A stretch of DNA of 63,994 nucleotides, the filler included, from Candidatus Zhuqueibacterota bacterium (lineage in GTDB: Bacteria; BS750m-G25): the NCBI GenBank assembly GCA_016783505.1. It is 3 parts of 3 records of this genome, joined end to end, with 100 filler letters (N's around TTAATTAATTAA, not from the genome) between each part and the next. Parts side by side here need not be neighbours in the genome. Positions count along the whole stretch, not along the records: positions 46,843 to 63,994 come from JADHWK010000047.1; 2 more parts are not named here. One strand, given 5' to 3'. A program made the position numbers and the translations under genes. This document shows, piece by piece, positions 49,341 to 58,709 of the stretch (position 1 is the stretch's first letter; every line of letters starts with the position of its first letter). The notes beneath the pieces are model-generated. The model did no database searches. It was given only the letters and a program-made list of their open reading frames with translations, and was not told the origin of the DNA.

Positions 49341-50423
49341 ATGAAATACGTTGATGAATTTCGGAATAATCGTGTCGCCCAACGCCTTTCCGAGGAGATA
49401 AAATCCCTTGCCAGGGATAGGGAAATGACCTTCATGGAGGTCTGCGGGGGGCACACCATTGCCATATTTAAATATGGGTTGAGGGACTTTCTGCCTCCGG
49501 GGATTCATCTGATCTCCGGTCCTGGATGCCCGGTCTGCGTGACCCCCACCGGGTTCATTGACCGGGCGGTGGCCCTGTCACGACGGAAAGAGGTGATCAT
49601 CGCCACCTTTGGGGATATGATCCGGGTCCCCGGGTCATCGTCCAGCCTCCGGGAGGAAAAGGCCCAGGGAGCAGATGTCTGGGTGGTCTATTCAGCCATG
49701 GATGCCATACCTGTTGCCAGAGACAATCCGGACAAAAAGGTGGTGTTTTTAGGCATAGGGTTTGAAACCACCGCTCCCACCATTGCCGCTACCATCCTGC
49801 AAGCTGACCGTTTAAGATTATCCAATTTCTTCGTCCTCAGCACCCTGAAGACCATGCCCAACGCCTTAAAAGCCCTGCTGGAGGGCGATGATATGGGGAT
49901 TCAGGGGTTCATTTGTCCAGGACACGTGAGCACCATCACCGGTCTGGGAATCTACGAATTCATCGCCCGGGACTATGGAGTGCCCTGCGTCATATCGGGC
50001 TTTGAACCCACTGACATTTTGCAAACCCTTTACATGTTGACCCGACAGGTGGGGGACGGAGTTGCTAAAGTAGAAAGCCAATACACCCGAACGGTGAAGC
50101 GGGAAGGGAACCCCTTGGCTCAGAAGACAATGATGGCTGTGTTCGAGCCCTGTGATATGGAATGGAGGGGGCTGGGAATCATTCCGGGCAGCGGGCTTAA
50201 AATCAGGGATGAATTTGTCCGGTTCAACGCGCTTCAACATTTTGATGTGGAAGTGGAACCGACCCGGCAGGAGCCGGGTTGCATCTGCGGGGACGTGATG
50301 AGGGGGGCCAAGACCCCCCTGGACTGTAAGTTGTTCAAGAAAACCTGTACCCCGGCTAATCCAGCCGGGGCCTGCATGGTTTCCGAGGAAGGGACGTGTG
50401 CTACGTATTTTAAGTACACCTAA
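49341..50423 (+). CDS. hypD: Hydrogenase maturation protein HypD
   Basis: MEVCGGHT, GPGCPVC, GFETT, PGHVS, GACMVSEEGTC. Confidence 0.97.
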   Translation: MKYVDEFRNNRVAQRLSEEIKSLARDREMTFMEVCGGHTIAIFKYGLRDFLPPGIHLISGPGCPVCVTPTGFIDRAVALSRRKEVIIATFGDMIRVPGSSSSLREEKAQGADVWVVYSAMDAIPVARDNPDKKVVFLGIGFETTAPTIAATILQADRLRLSNFFVLSTLKTMPNALKALLEGDDMGIQGFICPGHVSTITGLGIYEFIARDYGVPCVISGFEPTDILQTLYMLTRQVGDGVAKVESQYTRTVKREGNPLAQKTMMAVFEPCDMEWRGLGIIPGSGLKIRDEFVRFNALQHFDVEVEPTRQEPGCICGDVMRGAKTPLDCKLFKKTCTPANPAGACMVSEEGTCATYFKYT

Positions 50424-50424
50424 A

Positions 50425-51438
50425 ATGAAAACGGACGAAAAAATCACCCTGGCCCACGGCGGTGGGGGAAGGCTATCACGGGACTTTATCAAGAAAGTCC
50501 TGCTGCGATATTTTGGCAATCCCATTCTTTCCGAACTTCAGGATTCGGCCACATTTGACCTGACTGGAAACCGGGTCGCCTTCACCACTGACTCCTACGT
50601 GGTCAAACCCCTCTTCTTCCCGGGTGGAGACATCGGAAAGCTGGCGGTGGCGGGAACCATCAATGACCTGGCGGTGGTGGGTGCTCAGCCCCTCTATCTT
50701 TCCTGTGGGTTGATTATAGAAGAGGGGTTCGAACTGGGTCAATTGGAACGGATATTGGGGTCAATGCAGGAGACGGCCCGAAAAGCCGGGGTGAAGGTGG
50801 TGGCCGGGGATACCAAGGTGGTGGAGAAAAAAGGGGCCGATCAGCTTTTTATCAACACTGCTGGAATAGGGTTAATCAGGAAGGACCGATGCTTAAGCCC
50901 AGTCGGGCCTGGGATCGGGGACAAGATTATTATCAATGGGGGTTTGGGTGAACACGAAGCAGCGGTGATTTCTAGCCGGGAGGGGTTTGACTTCGAGACC
51001 GAAGTTGTCAGCGACTGCGTCCCTTTAAATGACTTGATTCAGGGCATTTTGAAGGTTTCCCCAAACGTGAAGTGGATGCGGGACCCTACCCGGGGGGGGC
51101 TGGCCGCCATCCTCAACGAGCTGGTTGAAGGAAAGCCCTTTGGGATCCGGATCGAAGAAGCCCAAATCCCGGTCAAAGAGGCGGTTAAGGGGATTTGTGA
51201 GCTGCTGGGGTTTGATCCCCTTTACATGGTGAACGAAGGAAAGGTAGTACTGGTTGTGGCCTGGGAAGACGCCGATCGGGTCCTGAAGATTATGCAGAAA
51301 CATCCTCTGGGTGGGGAGAGCCGCATCATCGGGGAGATCGTTCCCGAACCGGAAGGCAAGGTGGTTTTGAAGACGGGGGTTGGGGGGCATCGGGTAGTGG
51401 ATATGATGGTGGGGGAAATGCTGCCGCGGATCTGTTAG
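50425..51438 (+). CDS. hypE: Hydrogenase maturation protein HypE
   Basis: HGGGG, FFPGGDIG, RDPTRGG, C-terminal PRIC. Confidence 0.97.
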   Translation: MKTDEKITLAHGGGGRLSRDFIKKVLLRYFGNPILSELQDSATFDLTGNRVAFTTDSYVVKPLFFPGGDIGKLAVAGTINDLAVVGAQPLYLSCGLIIEEGFELGQLERILGSMQETARKAGVKVVAGDTKVVEKKGADQLFINTAGIGLIRKDRCLSPVGPGIGDKIIINGGLGEHEAAVISSREGFDFETEVVSDCVPLNDLIQGILKVSPNVKWMRDPTRGGLAAILNELVEGKPFGIRIEEAQIPVKEAVKGICELLGFDPLYMVNEGKVVLVVAWEDADRVLKIMQKHPLGGESRIIGEIVPEPEGKVVLKTGVGGHRVVDMMVGEMLPRIC

Positions 51439-51577
51439 ATGGGAATAATAGAATGATGGAATAATGGATGAATGGAACAATGGATGGTTGGGTTCAACAT
51501 TCTCCACGGCTATAAGACAGGATTCCATAGTTTGACCTGATTAGGGGGTTCTTTAGAAAAAAAACCCTCTTTTTCAC

Positions 51578-51627
51578 TTGACAAAAATGTTTTTATTCTT
51601 TATCTTTATATGTTAAAAATTTAACGA
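51578..51627 (+). promoter_or_regulatory. Promoter with an overlapping Rex-box-like palindrome
   Basis: TTGACA(51578)-17-TATCTT(51601); ATGTTAA-aaat-TTAACGA at 51610-51627. Confidence 0.65.
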
Positions 51628-51631
51628 TCTT

Positions 51632-52261
51632 TTGTTGACCAAGAAGAAAATTCCCCAGAGTACCGTCTGGAGACTCTCCCAGTATCTGAATTGTCTCAGC
51701 TTACTTTCCTCCGAGAAATGCCGGGAAATCTCCTCCCATGAATTGGCTGAAAGGGTGGGCGTAAAGTCCACCCAGATCAGGCAGGATTTCCATTATTTTG
51801 GGGGATTCGGCCAGCCCGGATGCCGTTATAATGTGGGCCAGTTGATCGGGGAACTGGAGGCCATCTTAGGTCTTGACAAACCCCAGAACATGATCATCGT
51901 GGGAGCGGGAAATATCGGCCAGGCCCTGGCCCATTACGATAAATTTGAGCCCCTGGGCTTTAGGCTGAAGGGAATCTTTGATGTTAACCCCAGATTGTTC
52001 GGGCTTAAGATCAGGGGTGTTGGGGTCAGGGATGTGAAAGAGCTGCCCCGATTTGTCAAAGATCACCACATTAGAATTGGCATCATCACCACCCCGGCCC
52101 GGGTGGCTCAGTCGGTGGCTGATCTTTTGGTTCGCATAAAGATAAAGGGAATCTGGAATTTTTCGCCGATGAATGTCACCGCCCCGGAAGGGGTTTCCAT
52201 GGTAAACGAGAACCTTTCGGTGGGTTTAATGACCCTATCCCATAAGATCAAAGGAGGTTGA
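51632..52261 (+). CDS. rex: Redox-sensing transcriptional repressor Rex
   Basis: RLSQY, QIRQDF..FGGFG, VGAGNIG, IWNF. Confidence 0.93.
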   Translation: MLTKKKIPQSTVWRLSQYLNCLSLLSSEKCREISSHELAERVGVKSTQIRQDFHYFGGFGQPGCRYNVGQLIGELEAILGLDKPQNMIIVGAGNIGQALAHYDKFEPLGFRLKGIFDVNPRLFGLKIRGVGVRDVKELPRFVKDHHIRIGIITTPARVAQSVADLLVRIKIKGIWNFSPMNVTAPEGVSMVNENLSVGLMTLSHKIKGG

Positions 52262-52265
52262 TGGA

Positions 52266-52841
52266 ATGAAAGTCGAAAGGGTTATCAAATACGAAGCGGA
52301 GTTGGACAAAGATTTTTCCCAATGGGTAGTTTCCGTCCCAGGGGGCGAGCAGATACGGGATTGTATCCAGTGCGGTACCTGTAGTGCCACCTGTCCCCTG
52401 AGTATCTATATGGACTATACCCCGAGGAAGATTATCCTCATGGCCCATCAAGGGTTCAAAGAGGAAGTTTTAAGGAGTTTTACCCCCTGGCTGTGCGCTT
52501 CTTGTTATGCCTGTATGGTCAACTGCCCCCGGGAGATAAAGATTACCGAGATTATGTATATTTTGAAGGAAAAGGCGATAGAAGAGGGGATGTATCCTAA
52601 GAGATTTCCCATACCCGTCTTGGCCCGAGAGTTCACCCGTATGATCGTAAAGAAGGGTCGAAACCCGGAGACAAAACTGATCATTGCCCTGGCCCTGAGG
52701 ACCAACCCGTTGAACCTGCTGAAAATGGCCCCGCTGGGTCTTCGGTTGATGAAAGCAGGTCGGTTGGAAATAATGACTAAGTCTATCAAGGGTAAGGACC
52801 AGCTTAAGACCATGTTGCAATCCCTGGAGGCGACGACATGA
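52266..52841 (+). CDS. hdrC: Heterodisulfide reductase subunit C
   Basis: CIQCGTCSATCP and WLCASCYACMVNCP. Confidence 0.9.
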   Translation: MKVERVIKYEAELDKDFSQWVVSVPGGEQIRDCIQCGTCSATCPLSIYMDYTPRKIILMAHQGFKEEVLRSFTPWLCASCYACMVNCPREIKITEIMYILKEKAIEEGMYPKRFPIPVLAREFTRMIVKKGRNPETKLIIALALRTNPLNLLKMAPLGLRLMKAGRLEIMTKSIKGKDQLKTMLQSLEATT

Positions 52842-53704
52842 AAGAATATGCCTACTATCCCGGCTGTTCGGTAAAGGGGACAGCCAAGCATTACGAGGAA
52901 TCTTTACTGACGGCTTTTGATGTCTTAGGATTGAACCTAACCGAGCTTGAGGACTGGAACTGCTGCGGGGCGACTCTTGCCCTTGCGGTGAACGAATTAA
53001 AATCATTTACCATGGTATCGAGGAATCTGGCGCTGGCTGAAAAAACGGGTCTCGACATAGTGACTCCCTGCAGTGCTTGCTATCTGGTGCTCCTCAAAAC
53101 CCAGGATTATATCCGGCGTTATCCCGATATTAAGGCAAAAATAGATAGGGCGCTGAAGTCGGTGGGGATGGAATACCGGGGAACGGTGCGGGTGAAACAT
53201 ACCTTAGAAGCCCTGGTGAACGATGTAAAACTGGAAGAGGTTAAAAATAGGGTGACCCGACCCCTGAAGGGGTTTAAGGTGGCCCCCTACTACGGCTGCC
53301 AGATTGTGAGGCCCTATAAGGAGTTTGATCACCCCTTCTATCCCGATTCTATGGACAGGCTTCTTAAAGCCTTGGGAGCCGAGGTGGTGGATTATCCTCT
53401 GAAGACCGACTGCTGTGGGGCTGCCATTGCCGGGACTATGGAGGAGGTGGGGGTGAGGCTCAATTATGTCCTCCTGAAAGAGGCCCAGAAAAGGGGGGCC
53501 AATTGTGTGGTTACGGTCTGTCCCCTGTGCCAGCTTAATCTCGAACAGTATCAGGGAAAGATAAATAAACGCTTTAATTCGGATATATCCCTTCCCATAC
53601 TTTATTTCACCCAGCTATTGGGTCTGGCCCTGGGGGTCCCCGAAGAACGGTTGGGCTTTAACCGGGCGATGGTATCTGCCGATTCGCTTCTGGAGGCTGC
53701 TTAG
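52838..53704 (+). CDS. hdrB: Heterodisulfide reductase subunit B
   Basis: Two CCG domains: YYPGC, WNCCG, CSAC; YYGC, DCCG, CPLC. Confidence 0.92.
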   Translation: MKEYAYYPGCSVKGTAKHYEESLLTAFDVLGLNLTELEDWNCCGATLALAVNELKSFTMVSRNLALAEKTGLDIVTPCSACYLVLLKTQDYIRRYPDIKAKIDRALKSVGMEYRGTVRVKHTLEALVNDVKLEEVKNRVTRPLKGFKVAPYYGCQIVRPYKEFDHPFYPDSMDRLLKALGAEVVDYPLKTDCCGAAIAGTMEEVGVRLNYVLLKEAQKRGANCVVTVCPLCQLNLEQYQGKINKRFNSDISLPILYFTQLLGLALGVPEERLGFNRAMVSADSLLEAA

Positions 53705-53716
53705 ATAGGAGGTAAT

Positions 53717-54571
53717 ATGAATAAAAGGTTGAACGGAAGACCAAAAATCGGGGTATATATTTGCCACTGTGGAACGAACATTGCCAAGACGGTGAACATG
53801 GGTGAACTCGTCGGGTTCGCTTCCGGCCTGAACAGTGTAGGAGTAGCCCGAGAATATAAATATATGTGCTCAGACCCGGGCCAGGAAATGATTAAGAAGG
53901 ACATTAAGGAATTGGAACTGAACCGGGTTGTGGTTGCCTCCTGTTCCCCATTGCTCCATGAGCATACCTTCAGACGGGCCTGCGAAGACGCCGGATTAAA
54001 TCCTTATCTTTTTCAAATGGCCAACATCAGGGAGCACTGTTCCTGGGTGACCCCGGACCCGGCCCAGGCCACGGCCAAGGCCAAAAGGATCGTGGCGGCG
54101 GCAGTTGTACGGGTTGTTTATCAGGAACCCCTGGAGGTGAAGAAGGTACCGGTGAATCCCAATGTCGTGGTGGTGGGGGGAGGGATCACGGGTATTGAAA
54201 CTGCCCTGAGACTGGCCCAGTCAGGACGAAAGGTGTACCTGGTGGAACGGGAGCCCTCCATCGGGGGCCATATGGCCGAGTTAGACAAGACCTTTCCCAC
54301 CCTGGACTGCGCCGCCTGTATCCTCACCCCCAAGATGGGCGCCGTGGGGCAAGAACCCAACATTGAGCTTTTGACATATAGTGAGGTAGAAGATATTTCG
54401 GGATATGTGGGGAATTTCAAGGTCAAAATTCACAAAAAGCCCCGATATGTTGATCTAGAAAAATGTACCGGCTGCGGGCTGTGCTGGACTAACTGTCCCA
54501 CTAACATTGTTCCCTCAAAACGGGTGATTAGAAGGGGCGATTTGATCATCAATCAAACGGAGGTAGGTTGA
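53717..54571 (+). CDS. hdrA: Heterodisulfide reductase subunit A, N-terminal half
   Basis: ICHCG, YMCS, ASCSP, REHCSW, VVGGGITG, DKTFPTLDCAAC; ends after CTGCGLCWTNCP. Confidence 0.9.
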   Translation: MNKRLNGRPKIGVYICHCGTNIAKTVNMGELVGFASGLNSVGVAREYKYMCSDPGQEMIKKDIKELELNRVVVASCSPLLHEHTFRRACEDAGLNPYLFQMANIREHCSWVTPDPAQATAKAKRIVAAAVVRVVYQEPLEVKKVPVNPNVVVVGGGITGIETALRLAQSGRKVYLVEREPSIGGHMAELDKTFPTLDCAACILTPKMGAVGQEPNIELLTYSEVEDISGYVGNFKVKIHKKPRYVDLEKCTGCGLCWTNCPTNIVPSKRVIRRGDLIINQTEVG

Positions 54572-54924
54572 CCCTTAAGGAGATCGTAAAAATTCTCGGT
54601 TGTCAGGTGGTGGTGGGCAAGGAGACCCTGGATACTGAGGTGAGGGCCGGATGCGGCTGCGATCTGATGAGCGATGTATTAGCCTTTATTAAGCCCGACG
54701 CCCTGCTGTTGACCGGACTGAATAATCCCCAGGCGGTTCGCACCGCAGAGATATCCGAAATAAAGGTCATCTGCTTTGTCAGGGGTAAACAGCCCAGCGA
54801 AGCTATGATCGCCCTGGCCCGGGAAAAGGAGATCGCCATTTTAACTACCTCCCTGCCCATGTTCGAGGCCTGCGGTAGATTGTTTAAGAACGGTCTGATA
54901 GGCTGTTCTGAATATGATGAATAA
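54568..54924 (+). CDS. DRTGG domain protein
   Basis: CGCDLMSDVL, LLTGL, FVRGK, MFEACGRL. Confidence 0.8.
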   Translation: MTLKEIVKILGCQVVVGKETLDTEVRAGCGCDLMSDVLAFIKPDALLLTGLNNPQAVRTAEISEIKVICFVRGKQPSEAMIALAREKEIAILTTSLPMFEACGRLFKNGLIGCSEYDE

Positions 54925-54931
54925 AATTTAA

Positions 54932-55891
54932 GTGGGCACTTCCGTGGTTGATGAAAAGGAAATCACTAAGGTCCAGGAATTAGTCTATGAGTTGAAAGTA
55001 GGGCAGGTTATGGTTAAGGACGTTATTACGGTAACTCCCCATAATCTGATGAGTGAACTCCGGGACCTGTTACGTGATAAACGTATTTCTGGCGTTCCCG
55101 TAGTAGATAAAGGCAGATTGGTCGGTTTGGTCAGCATTGAGGACTTTATCAAATGTCTGACTGACGGCAAGATGGGCAGTCCCGTTGAAGAGAGAATGAA
55201 CCGGAACGTTAAAACCCTGTATGATAATGAGCCGTTGGTCCATGCGGTGAAAGAGTTTGACCGGATGGGTTACGGGCGTTTTCCGGTGGTGGATCGGGAA
55301 AGCGGAAAATTAATGGGGATAATCACCAAGGGGGACATCATTCGGGGTCTGCTCAAAAAGATGGAAATAGATTACCAGGAAGAGGAGATTCATCGCTATC
55401 GGGCCAGCCATTTCTTCGAAGACATTGTAGCTGATAAAACCACCCTCATATTCCAATATAACGTCATCGGCAAAGATTTTGATCGGGCCGGGGAGACATC
55501 CAGTGGACTCAAAAAGACCCTGAGAAGGATGGGGATCTCCCCAAAGGCTATCCGTCGGCTCGCCATAGCGACCTATGAAGCCGAGATGAACATCGTTGTT
55601 TTTACCGACGGGGGGGAGATAACCGCCCGGGTAACCCCACAGGAGGTCAGGGTGGAGGTGGTGGACTCTGGGCCGGGGATTCCTGATATTAAAAAGGCCA
55701 TGGAGCCCGGATTTTCAACGGCACCGGATTGGATCAGGGAGTTGGGTTTCGGTGCCGGCATGGGCCTGGCGAACATTAGGAAGTGTGCTGATGCGATGCA
55801 TCTTGAGTCCACCGTGGGCAAGGGAACCCGGCTGGAAATCACCGTTTATTTAAACGAGAAAGAGAAGCATGGTTCTGGGAACGATAGTTGA
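54932..55891 (+). CDS. CBS-pair plus HATPase (anti-sigma/serine kinase-like) protein
   Basis: ISGVPVVD and FPVVD CBS motifs; YEAEMN, DSGPGI, GFGAGMGL. Confidence 0.85.
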   Translation: MGTSVVDEKEITKVQELVYELKVGQVMVKDVITVTPHNLMSELRDLLRDKRISGVPVVDKGRLVGLVSIEDFIKCLTDGKMGSPVEERMNRNVKTLYDNEPLVHAVKEFDRMGYGRFPVVDRESGKLMGIITKGDIIRGLLKKMEIDYQEEEIHRYRASHFFEDIVADKTTLIFQYNVIGKDFDRAGETSSGLKKTLRRMGISPKAIRRLAIATYEAEMNIVVFTDGGEITARVTPQEVRVEVVDSGPGIPDIKKAMEPGFSTAPDWIRELGFGAGMGLANIRKCADAMHLESTVGKGTRLEITVYLNEKEKHGSGNDS

Positions 55892-56207
55892 AAAATTAGG
55901 TCTTGGGGTGAAGACCGCCCCGAGAGATCTCACCAGCGAGGTAACCGGGGCCTACGTCAGTGACCTGTTGAGCGACGTGATGGCCAACTCAAAAGAGGGG
56001 AACCTCTGGGTGACCCTTCAAGTTCATCCCAACATCGTAGCGGTAGCCACCCTTAAGGATCTTTCTGGTATTATCTTGGTGAACGGCCGCCAGCCCGCGG
56101 AGGAGACCCTTAAAAAGGCGGAGGAGGAGCAGATCCCCCTCATGACCACCGGGTTGCCGACCTTCCAACTGGTGGGAAAGTTGTACAATTTAATCGGGGA
56201 ATGCTGA
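55869..56207 (+). CDS. DRTGG-like protein
   Basis: YVSDLLSDVM, WVTLQVHPNIVAVA. Confidence 0.75.
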   Translation: MVLGTIVEKLGLGVKTAPRDLTSEVTGAYVSDLLSDVMANSKEGNLWVTLQVHPNIVAVATLKDLSGIILVNGRQPAEETLKKAEEEQIPLMTTGLPTFQLVGKLYNLIGEC

Positions 56208-56935
56208 GGGAATTCGAGGCCGACCTTCACATCCATACCTGCCTTTCCCCCTGTGGGGATCTGAAGATGTCCCCGGGAGGGATCGTGAAAGAGGCGGTAA
56301 AGGAAGGTATTGATCTTATTGCCATCTGCGATCATAACTCTTCCGAAAATGCCGGTGCTGTCATCAAGGCATCGGAGGGGAAAGGGGTTGCGGTTTTGCC
56401 GGGAATCGAGATCACATCAAAAGAGGAAGTCCACATTTCCGCCCTGTTTGACCATTTTGATGATGCCCTTAAGCTGCAGATGTTGATCTACGAAAATCTG
56501 GATGGTGAAAACGACGAGGAAGTTTTTGGCATGCAGGTGGTGGTGAATGAGAAAGGTGAAGTATTGGGGTTTAATAAAAAGCTTTTAATCGGGGCCACCA
56601 ACCTTTCCGTTGAAGAGATAGTCAATGCCATCCATTCCTTTCATGGACTGGCGATCGCTGCCCACATTGACCGGGAAGGGTTCGGGATCATCGGACAGTT
56701 GGGATTCATTCCCCCTGAATTGGGATTGGACGCCCTGGAAATTTCCCCTAAAATGGAAATGGAAGAAGCCCGAACGAGATTCAGCGAATATCATAAATAT
56801 CCCTTCCTGTGTTCTTCCGATGCCCATTATTTGGATGATATTGGCAAGGGGACGACCACCTTTCTGTTGGAGGAGGCGTCGCTTAAAGAACTCAGAATGG
56901 CCCTAAAGGGGGAAGGGGGTAGGGGAATTTGCTGA
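56201..56935 (+). CDS. PHP domain phosphoesterase
   Basis: DLHIHTCLSPC, CDHN, AHIDR, SSDAH. Confidence 0.88.
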   Translation: MLREFEADLHIHTCLSPCGDLKMSPGGIVKEAVKEGIDLIAICDHNSSENAGAVIKASEGKGVAVLPGIEITSKEEVHISALFDHFDDALKLQMLIYENLDGENDEEVFGMQVVVNEKGEVLGFNKKLLIGATNLSVEEIVNAIHSFHGLAIAAHIDREGFGIIGQLGFIPPELGLDALEISPKMEMEEARTRFSEYHKYPFLCSSDAHYLDDIGKGTTTFLLEEASLKELRMALKGEGGRGIC

Positions 56936-56957
56936 TAGCTGATAGCTGATTGCTGTT

Positions 56958-57491
56958 ATGGAAGACCTTTCCCTGCATATTTTGGATGTGGTTGAAAATT
57001 CCATAGACGCTGGTGCCCGAAAAGTTGAGATTAAGATTTACGAGGATTTGAAGAAGGACTTGCTTGAGATCGAAATTATTGACGATGGAAAGGGCATGGA
57101 CGAGGGGACTTTAGAAAAGGCTCTGGATCCATTTTTCACCACGAAGACGGTCCGAAAGGTGGGGCTGGGACTCTCCCTGTTCAGGGAAGCGGCTAGAATG
57201 GCAAACGGAGACCTTTCCATTCGATCGGAAGCTGGGCGGGGAACCACGATAAGGGCCACCTTTCAACACAGCCATATTGACCGCAAACCAATGGGAGATT
57301 TAGAAGAAACGCTTTTCACGTTAATCATTGGAAATCCGGAAGTAGTTTTTTCTTTCGCCTATTTAAAAAATGGAAAAATGTTTAACATGAATACAACGGG
57401 GCTAAAGAAAAAACTTCCAGGTAATTACTTCAGTTCATCGGAGGGAATTAAGGTTTTAAGAAATGAATTAAACAAACTGGATGGCTTTTAG
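56958..57491 (+). CDS. Stand-alone histidine-kinase-like ATPase
   Basis: ENSIDA, DDGKGM, DPFFTT, GLGL, HIDRKPMG. Confidence 0.85.
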   Translation: MEDLSLHILDVVENSIDAGARKVEIKIYEDLKKDLLEIEIIDDGKGMDEGTLEKALDPFFTTKTVRKVGLGLSLFREAARMANGDLSIRSEAGRGTTIRATFQHSHIDRKPMGDLEETLFTLIIGNPEVVFSFAYLKNGKMFNMNTTGLKKKLPGNYFSSSEGIKVLRNELNKLDGF

Positions 57492-57601
57492 GAAAAAGTG
57501 TTTCCGTGTTTCCATGTTTTGCCGAGGAGTTAATTTTAATTCTCTACAAATTTTAAGAATTACCCAGGAAGCTATAAAAGCCAAATTATCAAATTTACAG
57601 A

Positions 57602-58072
57602 ATGGAGGTAATGAAAATGGTAGTTGAAAAAGTCTTTGAAATAATTGAAGAATACAATCATGACCCAGGGGCTATATTCGAAGTACTTATTGATATTCAA
57701 AATGAGTTTAGTTATTTACCTGAGGAGGGGCTCGAGAAAGTTTCTAGAGAGTTAGAGATTCCCCTGAGTAGATTATATAGTTTAGCTACTTTTTATAAAG
57801 CTTTTAGCCTCACTCCCAAGGGAAGATATCCGATTCAAGTTTGTATAGGTACAGCCTGTCATGTCCGAGGAGGGCAGCGGATTTTAGAGAAACTTGAAAA
57901 GGAATTAGATTTAAAAACCGGAGAAACTACGGAAGATTTGAATCTCAGCTTAGACGCTATTAGATGTTTAGGAAGTTGTTGCTTGGCCCCAGTGGTCAAA
58001 GTTGGAGACGAGGTTTACGCTAATTTGACGCAGACCAGGATACCAGAATTATTGAAAAAATATAAAAAATAA
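57602..58072 (+). CDS. NuoE/HydC-like [2Fe-2S] subunit
   Basis: ATFYKAF, CIGTAC, CLGSC. Confidence 0.9.
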   Translation: MEVMKMVVEKVFEIIEEYNHDPGAIFEVLIDIQNEFSYLPEEGLEKVSRELEIPLSRLYSLATFYKAFSLTPKGRYPIQVCIGTACHVRGGQRILEKLEKELDLKTGETTEDLNLSLDAIRCLGSCCLAPVVKVGDEVYANLTQTRIPELLKKYKK

Positions 58073-58090
58073 AATTTAACGGAGGGAAAA

Positions 58091-58480
58091 ATGCCGAAAT
58101 TAACTTTAAAAGATTTAGAAAAAATCAGAGAAAAAGCAAGAAGGTCAACTATTCTTAGAGAAGGAGCCGGAAAAGCTAAAATTACAGTTCATATGGGAAC
58201 ATGCGGTATTGCAGCTGGAGCCAGAAATATTATGCGAGCTCTAGTGGAAGAGGTGGAAAGAGGAGGAGTAGAAGATGTAATACTTACTAATTCTGGATGC
58301 GCTGGACTCTGTAGTCATGAGCCCATGATGACTGTTCAAATTGTGGGGGGACCACCAGTTAAGTATGTTGACTTGACAGAAGAAAAAGCTAAGGAAATTT
58401 TTAAAAGTCACGTGATGGGTAGAGAAATTGTGAAAGAGTATGCCCTAGCAATAGGAAGTGAGCAAACATCAACTAAATAA
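58091..58480 (+). CDS. Thioredoxin-like [2Fe-2S] ferredoxin (HydD-like)
   Basis: MGTCGIAAGAR, GCAGLCSHEP. Confidence 0.85.
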   Translation: MPKLTLKDLEKIREKARRSTILREGAGKAKITVHMGTCGIAAGARNIMRALVEEVERGGVEDVILTNSGCAGLCSHEPMMTVQIVGGPPVKYVDLTEEKAKEIFKSHVMGREIVKEYALAIGSEQTSTK

Positions 58481-58709
58481 CTAAGCTATTCTAATTTTGA
58501 ATATGTGATGTTGTTGGAATGCATCCCCAAGCTTCAGGATGCATGCATTGATATGGTCAATCCACTCCAGACAGAAATGAAGAATATAGGTTACAAAACG
58601 GTTGGGACGATTCATATCAGTCGGGTCAGTTAGGCGCCTGAATGACATCTGATCGAAGCAAATATCTTATGTTTCAATAGCTTATTTAATAAATCGAAAG
58701 GAAAGATAA

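Noticed and set aside
53717-54571. Selenocysteine readthrough or frameshift explaining the short hdrA
   Set aside because: The Cys motifs use Cys codons, the stop follows a non-conserved tail overlapping the next gene, and the missing half is 7.7 kb downstream.
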